A DNA stretch of 64,000 nt, taken from positions 2,752,001 to 2,816,000 of the forward strand of contig CAWIIB010000009.1 in the NCBI GenBank assembly GCA_963836075.1, read 5' to 3'. Positions within the stretch are counted from its first letter, which is position 1. Each line of letters opens with the position of its first letter. The position numbers and the translations under genes were made by a program. Below the pieces are notes generated by a model. It was not told the origin of the DNA, did not search any database, and saw only the letters and a program-made list of their open reading frames with translations. The stretch comes from an uncultured Acidobacteriota bacterium. Its GTDB lineage: Bacteria > Acidobacteriota > JAQAZP01. Below are positions 28,110 to 37,751 of this stretch, piece after piece.

Positions 28110-30455
28110 CTACTGGATGTAGCCCAGGGAGCGCAGCCGTTCGATGGCGGCCTGGTCGACTTCGGTGTCCGCGGCGTCGTTCTGTCCCGGGTCGGCCGCC
28201 ATCCACTGCCGCAACTCGGCCAGCAACGATGCCGCCAGGTCGGGCTGCTCCCCGGCCAGGTTGACCAGTTCCTGCGGGTCCTGGCCCAGGTCGTAGAGCT
28301 CGATCCGGTCGTCACCGTCCGGCGCCGGAGTGAGGATCAGCTTCCAGCCGTCGCGCCTGATCATCCGCAGGCGTCCCCGCAGGCCGGTGTCGGCCACCGC
28401 CTTCTCCTCGGCCCCGCTCTTCTGCGCCCGTGCCGACCGGATGCCCTCGAGCGGGCGCTTGATCAGCAGCCGGTCGTTGAGCAGGGGGTAGAAGCAGTAT
28501 CCGGTCTCGCCAAAGACCGCCCGCTCCGGTTCCTCCGGGGGCAGGGCCCCATGGATCAGCGGCAGCAGGCTGTGGCCGCCGTAGCCCGAGTCGGGCATCG
28601 GCACCGGGTCGCAGCCGGCAAGATCCAGCAGGGTGGGCATCAGGTCCATCAGGGTGGATTGTCGCGCGACCCGTTCTCCCCGCCGTTCGCCGCCGGGCAG
28701 CCGGAAGATCAGCGGGATGTGCATGGAGGGCTCGTAGAGGAAGTCGCCGTGGTCGAAGTAGAAGTCGTGCTCGCCGAGGCTCTCCCCGTGGTCCGAGGTG
28801 AAGACCACGATGGTCTGCTCCAGCTGGCCGGTCTGTTCCAGGGTGCGGAGCAGCCGTCCCACCAGCTGGTCGGTGAAACCGATCTCCCCGTCGTAGAGGT
28901 CCACGCCCCGCTGCCGGTCGCTCTCCGGCAGGTCGCAGCGGAAAATCATGTAGCCCTTGCTCACCAGGCCGTAGTGCAGCGATTTGCGATAGGGGCCGGC
29001 ATAGGGGGCGCCGAATTCCATGTTCCAGGGCGGGGGAGGCGCGTAGAGCATGTGCGGGTCGTAGTAGTGGACCCAGAAGAAGAACGGCTCCTCCTCGGGC
29101 AGCTGGGGCAACAGCCGCAACAGCTCTTCCGCCCGGCGGGTCAGCGGCTCACCATCTTCGAAGTGCACCTTGCTCCCCCGTTCGCCGGGGATGGTTCCCG
29201 GGCTGACAAAGCGGTCGTAGAGCGTGCGCAGGAACGGTGCCCGGTCCCAGTCCATGGCCGGCGTGTAGTAATAGTCGAACCCGCGGTGCAGGCCGCCGGA
29301 GGGGTGGACCAGGCCGTTGGCGTTCACGGCAAAGGTGTGGTAGCCCGCGTCGCGCAGTTTCTCGGCCAGCGTGGGAATCTCCGGGGGCAGGGCCATGCGC
29401 AGGTTGTCGCGGAGGCCGTGGTCCTGGGGGTAGAGACCGGTGTGCATGCTGGCCAGCGCGGGAACGGTGCGGGGCAGCGGGCAGACGTTCTGCTCGAAGA
29501 GCACTCCTTCCTCAGCCAGGCGGTCGATGTTCGGCGAGACCGGCCGCGGATAGCGGTAGCAGCCCAGGTGGTCGGCGCGCAGCGTATCCACCGAGATGAG
29601 CAGGATGTTGTGGCGTTGGGACGGCTCTTCCCCGGCCCGGGATTCACCCGGGATCAGGGCCCCCGGATCGTAGGGCCGGGGAGCGATGCCGGTGGCCAGC
29701 AGCACCGCCAGCAAAAGGACCAGCAGGGCCACGGTGGCGGGCATGGCCGAACCCACCCGTTCGGGCACCCCGGTTCTCCAGAGCTGGACCCGCCGGATCA
29801 GCCCGGCGGTGAGGGTCAGCAGAAGCGTGGCGGCCCCACCCCGAAACAGCGCCGGAATCAGCAGATCGCCCACCGGGCCGTCCCAGCGGGAGGTGGCGGT
29901 GAAGACCATGGCCAGGGCCAGCAGCAGCGGCAACAGGGCCAGCATGCGGTGGCTGCAGCCGCCCACCGGGCGGTGGGAGAGCGGTCGGAAGAGCAGCCAG
30001 TAGGCCAGCAGGGCCAGCGCCGCGGACAGCGTGACCCAGCCCAGGTTGAGCAGCAGCCGGCCGGTATCCGGCGGCAGGTTGAAGAGCACGTTGCCGCCCT
30101 CCACGTCCCCGGGAGTGTCCAGCGGGACGCGGAGCAGGGACAGGGCGGTGAAGAGAAAGAGCCCGGCCTGCAGGGCGGCCAGACGCAGCGGCTTCTGCCA
30201 GCGCCGGCAGTGAAAGACCAGGGGGAGCAGGAGGATCGAGACGCCGAGACCCAGCGCCGCGCCGGCAGCGGTGTAGTTCAGCAGGCTGGTGATGCCGTAG
30301 CGGCCCGGGCCGGGGGGGGGGTCGCCCCAGGCCAGCCGGAGCAACGATTCCACGCACCAGAACGCGGCGGCCGCGCCGGCCCAGAACAGCGTCCCTCCGG
30401 CAAGGTGGGACGATGGGGGAGGGGAAGGATGCTCGTCCGCCACACCTCTGATCAT
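28110..30455 (-). CDS. Multi-TM membrane protein with C-terminal sulfatase-like (alkaline phosphatase superfamily) domain
   Basis: About 7 N-terminal TM segments; NILLISVDTLRADHL, HYYDPH, YDGEI, TSDHGESLGEH, C-terminal ERLRSLGYI. Confidence 0.88.
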   Translation of the reverse strand: MIRGVADEHPSPPPSSHLAGGTLFWAGAAAAFWCVESLLRLAWGDPPPGPGRYGITSLLNYTAAGAALGLGVSILLLPLVFHCRRWQKPLRLAALQAGLFLFTALSLLRVPLDTPGDVEGGNVLFNLPPDTGRLLLNLGWVTLSAALALLAYWLLFRPLSHRPVGGCSHRMLALLPLLLALAMVFTATSRWDGPVGDLLIPALFRGGAATLLLTLTAGLIRRVQLWRTGVPERVGSAMPATVALLVLLLAVLLATGIAPRPYDPGALIPGESRAGEEPSQRHNILLISVDTLRADHLGCYRYPRPVSPNIDRLAEEGVLFEQNVCPLPRTVPALASMHTGLYPQDHGLRDNLRMALPPEIPTLAEKLRDAGYHTFAVNANGLVHPSGGLHRGFDYYYTPAMDWDRAPFLRTLYDRFVSPGTIPGERGSKVHFEDGEPLTRRAEELLRLLPQLPEEEPFFFWVHYYDPHMLYAPPPPWNMEFGAPYAGPYRKSLHYGLVSKGYMIFRCDLPESDRQRGVDLYDGEIGFTDQLVGRLLRTLEQTGQLEQTIVVFTSDHGESLGEHDFYFDHGDFLYEPSMHIPLIFRLPGGERRGERVARQSTLMDLMPTLLDLAGCDPVPMPDSGYGGHSLLPLIHGALPPEEPERAVFGETGYCFYPLLNDRLLIKRPLEGIRSARAQKSGAEEKAVADTGLRGRLRMIRRDGWKLILTPAPDGDDRIELYDLGQDPQELVNLAGEQPDLAASLLAELRQWMAADPGQNDAADTEVDQAAIERLRSLGYIQ

Positions 30456-30517
30456 CGGAGAACTCCATGTATATCAACAGGACAGTCGAACGTCTGGCGA
30501 ATTATACCGCACGGCGG

Positions 30518-31591
30518 TCAGGAGGCAACCGGCCGGTAGAGCGTGTCCCGCTGCCGCGGCTGGAAGCCCGATTCGCTGATCAGCGTCTTCACTTCCTCCT
30601 CGTCCGAGGTGATGACGTGGTCGGCGGAGCGGTGGACGTTCTCCTCCAGCAGCACGCCGCCGAAATCGTCGGCGCCGAAATGCAGGGCCAGCTGGCCGAT
30701 GGCTTTGCCCTCGGAGAACCAGGACGCCTGGATGTGGGGCACATTGTCCAGGTAGAGACGGGCCGTGGCCAGCAGGCGCAGGTAGCGCAGGGCGGCGGCA
30801 GCCCGGGGGACGACGCTTGGCAGATCGCTGTTGCCCGGCTTGCAGCTCCAGGGAATGAAGGCGGTGAAGCCGCCGGTCTCGTCCTGCAGTCGGCGCAGGC
30901 GGTCCAGGTGCTCGATGACCTCCTCGTCCGTTTCCAGGTGGCCGAACATCATCGTGGCGGTGGTGCGGAAGCCCGCCAGGTGGGCCTGGCGCATGACTTC
31001 CAGCCACTGGTCGGGGGAGCATTTCTCCGGGCTGATGCGCTGCCGTACGCGGGAGCTGAGGATCTCCGCCCCGCCCCCGGGGATGGTTCGCTGGCCGGCG
31101 GCGTACAGGCGGTCCAGCACCTGACGAACGTCGAGGCCGCTCCGCGCCGCCAGGGCGTGGATCTCGGGGGGGGAGAAGAAATGCGGATTGATGCCCGGCG
31201 TCGCTTTTTTCACCTCGCGCACCAGGGAGAGGAAATAGTCCAGCGGCAGGTCGGGGTTCACCCCGCCCTGGAGCAGCATGGTGGTGGCCCCGGCGGCAGC
31301 CGCCGCCTCGGCCTTGGCCACGATTTCCTCCACGGTGAGGGTGTAGCCTTCCGCCGATTCCGGGGAGCGGAAAAAGGCGCAGAAACGGCAGCCTACGGTG
31401 CAGATGTTGGTGTAGTTGGGATTGGTGTCGATGATGTAGGTGACCTGCGGTTCGGGATGCAGGGTGAACCGGGCCTCCTGGGCCAGGGCGCCCAGGCGGG
31501 GCAGATCCCGGTCGGCCAGCAGCGCCAGGCCGGCGACCCGGGAGAGACGGCGCAGAGTCCCGCCTCCCTGCTCAGGGCCTGTCCGTTTCAT
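30518..31591 (-). CDS. mqnC: Cyclic dehypoxanthine futalosine synthase (radical SAM)
   Basis: NYTNICTVGCRFCAF, LLQGGVNPDL, TATMMFGHLET, FTAFIPW, HIQASW, FGADDFG...EENV; start ATG 31591. Confidence 0.92.
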   Translation of the reverse strand: MKRTGPEQGGGTLRRLSRVAGLALLADRDLPRLGALAQEARFTLHPEPQVTYIIDTNPNYTNICTVGCRFCAFFRSPESAEGYTLTVEEIVAKAEAAAAAGATTMLLQGGVNPDLPLDYFLSLVREVKKATPGINPHFFSPPEIHALAARSGLDVRQVLDRLYAAGQRTIPGGGAEILSSRVRQRISPEKCSPDQWLEVMRQAHLAGFRTTATMMFGHLETDEEVIEHLDRLRRLQDETGGFTAFIPWSCKPGNSDLPSVVPRAAAALRYLRLLATARLYLDNVPHIQASWFSEGKAIGQLALHFGADDFGGVLLEENVHRSADHVITSDEEEVKTLISESGFQPRQRDTLYRPVAS

Positions 31592-33470
31592 CGGGGAACT
31601 CCTCTCTGTAGATGGTCCTGAACCGGTCGATGGCCTTTTTTTCCGCCGTGCGGAACCGGTAGTTGAACCCCCCGAGGTAGCGCTCCACCTCCGCGGGGGG
31701 GAGCCCCAACCGCCGGCCGTGGCGTCGGGGGCCGGCCGGGTCGGCCGCCTCGTAGCGCCGGAGGGCCTGGTCCAGGCCCCGCTGCAGGTCCTGCCGCAGT
31801 TCCTCGTCCAGCGAGCGGCGCACCGCCCAGCGGGCAAAGACAAAGGGCAGCCCGGTCATCTGGTGCCACACCTCGGCCAGGTCCATGCGGAAGGGGAACT
31901 GACGGCTGAAGTGGTCGGCGTGGAGCAGGGCCCGGTCCCCGATGAGCAGGACGGCGTCGAAGCGGGAGAGCACGTTTGTGCTCTGCCGGTCGGTGATCAT
32001 CCGCTCCAGCACCGGAGTGCAGCCGTACTGCCGGCGGAGGATCAGGCGCATCAGGCAGACCGAGGTGGAGGTCTCCTCGGTGACCGCCACGCGGCGGCCG
32101 TCCAGGTGCCGCGGCTCCCGGGCCGAGAGCAGGAAGACCGACCGCGCCCGGTTGCGCACCGCGATGCCGAAGTCCAGCGGCTGGAACAGTTCCTCGAGGC
32201 CGGTGAGGTCCATCAGCGAGAGCAGGCCGGCGTCCACCGTCCCCTCCCGGGCCAGCCGGCCCATGCGGCGCGGGGCCATGGGGATCACGCGGAAGGAGTC
32301 CAGCTGCAGGTTCCAGTGGAACGGCTCCGAATTGAGGTAGGGGATCATCCCCAGCACCGGCTCGCTGGTCCGCACGTCCAGCACCCGGTGCCGACCGTCC
32401 CGTTCCACCGGCGTCCACCCGGCGGCGCTGATCAGCCTGGAGATCCGCCGCGGGGAGAGGGAGGTGGGGGTGGCCGCCTCGGCCGCGTGGGCGATCTTCT
32501 CGCCGCCCAGGGTCCCCTCCATGTCGTTGGCCCCGAAGTGCTGGGCCGCCGCGGCGATGGTCTCCCCGGTCATCACCCAGTAGGCCTTGATGTGGGGAAT
32601 GTTGTCCAGGATCAGCCGCGAGGCGGCAATGGTCCGCAGGTCGTCGGTGGGCGGTGTGCGCCGCTCCCTGATCTCCGATCCCCCGGGCTGAAAGGGCAGG
32701 GGGATGAACGAGCGGAACCCCCGGGTCTCGTCCTGCAGCGTGCGCAGCCGGATCAGGTGCTCCACCCGCTCCTCGGCGGTTTCCAGGTGGCCGTACAGCA
32801 TGGTGGCGTTGCTGGGGATGCCCAGCTCGTGGGCCGCCCGGTGGACGGCGAGCCACCGTTCAGCGTCGGGCTTGTCCGGGCAGAGCAGGTTCCGCACCCG
32901 GGGGGAGAAGATTTCCGCGCCGCCCCCGGGGAGCATGTCCAGGCCGGCCTCCCGCAGCCGGCGCAGCACCTCGGTCTGGCCCATGCCGAACCGCTGGGCA
33001 AAGTGGACGATTTCCACCGCGGTCCAGGCCTTGATGGTGGCCGCGGGCAGCCGCTCCCGGATCAGGGCCACCACCTCCAGGTAGTAGTCCCAGTCACGGT
33101 CCGGGTGCAGCCCGCCCACCACGTGGACCTCGTTCACCTCCCGGGGAAGCATGGCCGCGATCTCTTCCGGTTCGAGGTCGTAGGCCTCCGGGTCGTCGGC
33201 GTCCACCGAGAAACGGCAGAAGCTGCAGCGCAGACAGCAGACGTTGGAGGGATTGACCACCTGGTTGCGCACGAAGGTCACCGCGTCGCCGTGCAGACGC
33301 CGGCGCACCGTCCGGGCCATCCAGCCCAGACCGGGAAGGTCGTTGGTGCGGAAGAGGGCCAGCCCCTCGGCGGCGTTGAGCCGGCCGCCGCGGTCCAGCC
33401 TGGACCAGATGTCGGCCAGGGCGGGGTCGTGGAACGGAATGGGCCCTTGCGGGCTGCCGGTGCCGCTCAT
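31572..33470 (-). CDS. mqnE-mqnA: In-frame fusion of aminofutalosine synthase MqnE (N-terminal) and chorismate dehydratase MqnA (C-terminal)
   Basis: N-part NVCCLRCSFC, EVHVVGGLHP, NATMLYGHLET, HIKAYW, EKIAH, PVERD; C-part GMIPYLNSEP, TSTSVCL, LLIGDRAL, DLAEVWHQMTGLPFVFARW; no stop between them. Confidence 0.88.
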   Translation of the reverse strand: MSGTGSPQGPIPFHDPALADIWSRLDRGGRLNAAEGLALFRTNDLPGLGWMARTVRRRLHGDAVTFVRNQVVNPSNVCCLRCSFCRFSVDADDPEAYDLEPEEIAAMLPREVNEVHVVGGLHPDRDWDYYLEVVALIRERLPAATIKAWTAVEIVHFAQRFGMGQTEVLRRLREAGLDMLPGGGAEIFSPRVRNLLCPDKPDAERWLAVHRAAHELGIPSNATMLYGHLETAEERVEHLIRLRTLQDETRGFRSFIPLPFQPGGSEIRERRTPPTDDLRTIAASRLILDNIPHIKAYWVMTGETIAAAAQHFGANDMEGTLGGEKIAHAAEAATPTSLSPRRISRLISAAGWTPVERDGRHRVLDVRTSEPVLGMIPYLNSEPFHWNLQLDSFRVIPMAPRRMGRLAREGTVDAGLLSLMDLTGLEELFQPLDFGIAVRNRARSVFLLSAREPRHLDGRRVAVTEETSTSVCLMRLILRRQYGCTPVLERMITDRQSTNVLSRFDAVLLIGDRALLHADHFSRQFPFRMDLAEVWHQMTGLPFVFARWAVRRSLDEELRQDLQRGLDQALRRYEAADPAGPRRHGRRLGLPPAEVERYLGGFNYRFRTAEKKAIDRFRTIYREEFPDETDRP

Positions 33471-35349
33471 CCCTTGACGTTCTCCCAGTAGCGGTTCCAG
33501 TTGCGGTCCACGGTGCGCACCACGTCCGGGTGCATCTCCAGTGCCGGCGGGTAGCCCGGTTTCCAGGTGGAGTCGATTCCCATGGGCCCGGTGTAGCGGG
33601 GCGCGATCCCCTGCCACTCCCGCCCGGCGAAGAGCAGGTCGCGGGCGCCGTCAAAGCGGGTGAAGATGCCCCAGAGCAGCGTCTTCAAGGTTCCTGATGT
33701 TCACGTCGTCGCTCACCGCGGCGATCAGCGGAACTCCGGAGAGGGCCGGGTGCTCCAGCAGCCGGGCCAGCACTTCCCGGCCGTTCCCGCTGACGGTGAC
33801 CGCCAGCAGGGCGTCCTCCCAGAGGGCGGCGTCGGCCACGCCGGGCACGGTCCCCGCCAGCTGCTCCACCGTGCCGGGTGGCGGCGGCGTCCGCTGCGGG
33901 CGGGGTTCGTCCGGCCGCGGGGTGGCATCGATCACCACCTTGCTGCCGAGGTTCATCTTCGGCCCGGTGAAGTCGAGGGTGTCCAGCGGGACGCCGGGCA
34001 GCAGGATGAAATCAGCGGCCGGGTCGAAGTTGTCCCGCACCTGGCGCAGCACCGCCGGAAAATCCCGCGGGTCCACGTCACCGGGGACCAGGATCACCAC
34101 CTTGGTCAGCGACAGCTGCCCCTCGCCCATCAGCGACAGGGCGGTCTTCACCGCCTCCCGGCCGTAGCGCTCGGCCACCGAGACCACCAGCAGGTTGTGG
34201 AACCCGGCCTCGTAGTAGGCCCAGACCGAGCGGATCTCGGGGTGGATCAGTTTGAGCAGCGGGGAGAGCACCAGCTGCAGGGCGTCACCGAGGCAGCGGT
34301 CCTCCTTGGGCGGCTTGCCCACCACCGAGGCATGGAATACCGGCCGGCGGCGGGTGGTGATGCAGTTGACCCGGAAGACGGGGAAAGGCGCCTCCTTGGA
34401 GTAGTGGCCGAAATGGTCGCCGAAGGGCCCTTCCAGTCGGCGCTCCCCGGCCGGCACCACACCCTCGATGACGAACTCGGCCCCGGCCGGGACCAGCATG
34501 TCGAGGGTCCGGGCCCGGGTCATCCTGGTGGCCGACCCGCGCAGAAAACCGGCAAAGAAGAGCTCGTCGATCCCTTCGGGAAGCGGAGCGGCGGCGGCCA
34601 GGCAGAGTGCCGGGTCGCCGCCCACCACCACCGCCACCTCCAGGTCGCGGCCCAGTTTTTCGGCCTGGTGGCAGTGGAAGCCGCCACCCTTCTGGATCTG
34701 CCAGTGCATGCCGGTCTCGGTGGGGGAGTGGACCTGCATGCGGTAGAGGCCGGTGTTACGCCGGCCGGTGAGCGGGTCGCGGGTCATCACCAGCGGGAAG
34801 GTGAAGAAACGGCCGGCAAAGTTTCCGGCGGCGGCCGGGTTGAAGGCCGGCCAGCGTCTCGCGGTCCGGCAGTCCGCCGCTCATGTCCTGGTGCAGGAAG
34901 TCGGGCAGTCCGTCCCCCGGCCAGCAGCGCAGGATCGGCAGGCGGGTCAGATCGGGCGGGTCGTGCAGTTCCTGCTGCGCGGCCCCCCGGCGGCGGCGGG
35001 CCACCCGGGCGGCGGCGAACCGGCCCCAGAGCGGACGGCTGCGGCCGAGGGCGGAGAGGGAGGGCGGGTTCAGGCGCTCCACCGTCTCCAGCAGTTGCTG
35101 CCCCAGTTGCTCCGGATCGGCGCCGATGGCCAGTTCCACCCGGCGGGGGGTGCCGAAGACGTTCACTGCCAGCGGGTAGTCGGAGCCCTTGACCCGTTCA
35201 AAGAGCAGTGCCGGCCGCTCCTCGCGCATGGCCCGTTCGGCGATCTCGGTGATCTCGAACTCCGGGTCCACCTCGCGGGTGACCCGGGCCAGCTCCCGGT
35301 GCTCTTCGAGGTGGGTCAGGAACTGGCCCAGGGAGGTGAACCCGCTCAC
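33467..35349 (-). pseudogene. ubiD: UbiD-family menaquinone biosynthesis decarboxylase interrupted by two +1 frameshifts (near 34845 and 33690)
   Basis: Three consecutive ORFs give EVDPEFEITEIA, NTGLYRMQV, HWQIQKGG, EGPFGDHFGHY, LLWGIFTRFD; flanked by ubiX and mqnE with 4-bp overlaps. Confidence 0.88.
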
Positions 35350-35900
35350 GGCAACTCCTCGCTCTTCCAGCCCGGACCGGCGTCTTCGGGGCAGCCGATG
35401 ACCCGGAAGACCTTGTCCACGAAGGCTCGCACCAGGTCGCCGGCACTTTCCGGCGATCCGTAGAAGGGGGGCGAGACAGGCATGATCACCACTCCCAGGC
35501 GGCTCAGTTTGAGGCAGCTCTCCAGCGAGATGGCCGACAGGGGTGTTTCGCGGAGGCAGAGCACCAGCCGCCGTTGTTCCTTCAGCGCCACTGCAGCGGT
35601 GCGGGTGATCAGCGTGTCGGCCACCCCGGCGGCGATTTTGCCCAGGGTGGAGATGGTGCAGGGCAGGATCACCATCACGTCAAAGACGTTGGAGCCGGAG
35701 GCCGGCGGCGAGTCGATACGGTCGTCAAAGAAACAGGCTGCGCTCAGTGCGCGCACCTCCTCGACCCCACCGGCCTCCTCGGCCAGCAGCTTTTCTCCCC
35801 AGCTGCTGACCAGACTGCAGACATCGGCCGACGAGCGGCGCAGAAAGTCGACGGCGTAGGGCGCGCCCGAGGCGCCGGTGATCCCGAGAACGATCTTCAT
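35346..35900 (-). CDS. ubiX: Flavin prenyltransferase UbiX
   Basis: GITGASGAPY, PPASGS, PCTISTLGKIAAG, VALKEQR, RETPLS, PPFY. Confidence 0.95.
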   Translation of the reverse strand: MKIVLGITGASGAPYAVDFLRRSSADVCSLVSSWGEKLLAEEAGGVEEVRALSAACFFDDRIDSPPASGSNVFDVMVILPCTISTLGKIAAGVADTLITRTAAVALKEQRRLVLCLRETPLSAISLESCLKLSRLGVVIMPVSPPFYGSPESAGDLVRAFVDKVFRVIGCPEDAGPGWKSEELP

Positions 35901-36745
35901 TTGAAAACGACCCCCGCCAGCACCAGCGCCAGGACCACGAAGCCGAGGACGGCGTTGATGCGAAAAAAAGCCACGGCAATGTTGCCGGCCATCCGGTGCT
36001 CGAAGTAGAGCAGCAGGCCGGCCAGAATCAGAAAGGGGAGCGCGGCCAGGCTGTTCAGTTCCGTCCAGGTCAGGGCGGCCAGGCAGCCGAAGGCGGCGAC
36101 GTGCAGCAGGCCGGACACCTGGATGGCCCGCCGGTCTCCCAGCGCCGCCGGTATGGAGTGCAGCCCTTCACGGCGGTCGGACGCCGTATCCTGGGTGGCA
36201 TAGATGATATCGAATCCGGCGACCCAGAAAAAGGTGAAAAGGAAAAGCAGCAGGATCGGCTGCATATCCCGGAAGACCAGGGTCACCGCGAACCAGCCGG
36301 CCGCCGGACCGAGGGCCAGGGCCAGCCCCACCCCGAAGTGGGCCAGGGCCGTGAAGCGCTTCATGCAGGGGTAGATGACAAAGACGACCAGCGGGGCAGG
36401 TGAAAGCGCGAGGCAGAGCGGTGCGATGGCCCAGGCCGCGGCCAGGTAGACCACGGCACCCGCGGCAAAGACGCCCCACGCCTGGGCCGTGGTCAGCGCG
36501 CCGCTGGGCAGTTCGCGGTCCCTGGTGCGCGGGTTGCGGGCGTCGATCCTGCGGTCGATGATCCGGTTCAGGGCAAAGGCCGCGGTCCGGGCGCCGGTGG
36601 CCGCCGCCAGGATCAGCAGCAGCACACTCATGGAGGGCAAGCGCTGGAGACTGCCCAGTGCCACGCCGCTGTAGATCAGCGGCAGGGAGAAGAGGGTGTG
36701 CTCGATCTTGACGAAATTCAGATAGGACCGCACCGCTGCCTCCAT
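35897..36745 (-). CDS. mqnP: UbiA-family prenyltransferase of the futalosine pathway
   Basis: KIEHTLFSLP, NRIIDRRIDARNPRT..RELP, GFDIIYATQD; heads the mqn operon. Confidence 0.9.
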   Translation of the reverse strand: MEAAVRSYLNFVKIEHTLFSLPLIYSGVALGSLQRLPSMSVLLLILAAATGARTAAFALNRIIDRRIDARNPRTRDRELPSGALTTAQAWGVFAAGAVVYLAAAWAIAPLCLALSPAPLVVFVIYPCMKRFTALAHFGVGLALALGPAAGWFAVTLVFRDMQPILLLFLFTFFWVAGFDIIYATQDTASDRREGLHSIPAALGDRRAIQVSGLLHVAAFGCLAALTWTELNSLAALPFLILAGLLLYFEHRMAGNIAVAFFRINAVLGFVVLALVLAGVVFK

Positions 36746-36947
36746 TTCCGTTGCGTGTCGCCCCCGGGGAAAGGCGGATATCATAGCAAAAAGGCGCGGC
36801 GGGAAAAATGCGCCGGGCAGGGTTAGCCCTCGGCCGCTATCGTGCTGAAGTCGCCGCCGGATCGAAACCGGTCGGCCGTCGCGTAATTGTGACCACCATT
36901 TCGGAGTGCTATGCTTTGTCCCGGCGCAACCGGAGAGGACGTTTCGC

Positions 36948-37751
36948 GTGAACCAGCAGAATCATGATCATCGTCAACCCGACCATCTGGCGTCGGGCCG
37001 CCGGGACGAGGTGGCCGGGATGTTCGGCCGGATCGCCGGGCGCTACGATCTGGCCAACACCCTGCTCAGTGCGGGGCAGGACGCCGGGTGGCGGCGCATG
37101 GCTTCCCGGGCCCTGGTGGGTTCGCTGGCCGACAGCGGTCGCTTCGATATCCTGGTTCTCGATTTCTGCTGCGGCACCGGGGCCCAGTCCCTGAGCCTGG
37201 TGTCCGAGGGCTTCCGCCGCGGGGCCCGGGTGCGGGTGGTGGCCTCCGACCTTGCCCGGCCCATGGTGTCCCTGCTGGCCCGGCGCAAGAAAGACGGGCA
37301 GGGCCGGTGGGGCCGGCTGGGCGGGGCGGTGCAGCCGGTGCTGGCCGACGCCGAGCAGCCGCCGCTGCTTCCGGGAAGCGCCGACGGGGCGGTGGTCTCC
37401 TTCGGCATCCGCAACGTGGACGACTACCGCACCTGCCTGCGCAACGTGGCCCGGGTCCTGCGCCCGGGAGGTCTGTTGGCCATCCTGGAGTTCTCCATGC
37501 CCGCCGGACAGCCGCTGCGCGGGCTCTACCGGTTCTATTTTCGCAACATCCTGCCGCTGCTGGGCCGCCTCTTCTTCGACGCCGGCGGAGCATACGCCTA
37601 CCTCCCCGACTCGGTGGACCGTTTTCCATCGGGTCCGGGGTTCGAGAGCGAGCTGCGTGCCGCCGGCTACGGCCCGGTGAGTTTCCGGCCGCTCTTCGGC
37701 GGCATCGTCACCCTCTACCTGGCCCGCGCCGGACTTGACCGGGAGAACTGA
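36948..37751 (+). CDS. menG: Demethylmenaquinone methyltransferase (UbiE/MenG)
   Basis: MFGRIAGRYDLAN.LLS.GQD..WR, LDFCCGTG, SFGIRNV, LEFS, AYAYLPDSV..FP. Confidence 0.9.
   Translation: MNQQNHDHRQPDHLASGRRDEVAGMFGRIAGRYDLANTLLSAGQDAGWRRMASRALVGSLADSGRFDILVLDFCCGTGAQSLSLVSEGFRRGARVRVVASDLARPMVSLLARRKKDGQGRWGRLGGAVQPVLADAEQPPLLPGSADGAVVSFGIRNVDDYRTCLRNVARVLRPGGLLAILEFSMPAGQPLRGLYRFYFRNILPLLGRLFFDAGGAYAYLPDSVDRFPSGPGFESELRAAGYGPVSFRPLFGGIVTLYLARAGLDREN

Noticed and set aside
31572-32365. C-terminal domain of the fusion as MqnD
   Set aside because: GxIPYLN, TS and LLIGDxAL motifs match MqnA; the MqnD SPCPND motif is absent
33467-35349. True loss of ubiD or a natural three-subunit decarboxylase
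   Set aside because: The fragments overlap out of frame and join by single-base removal, with no other decay and intact flanking overlaps; sequencing error is more parsimonious
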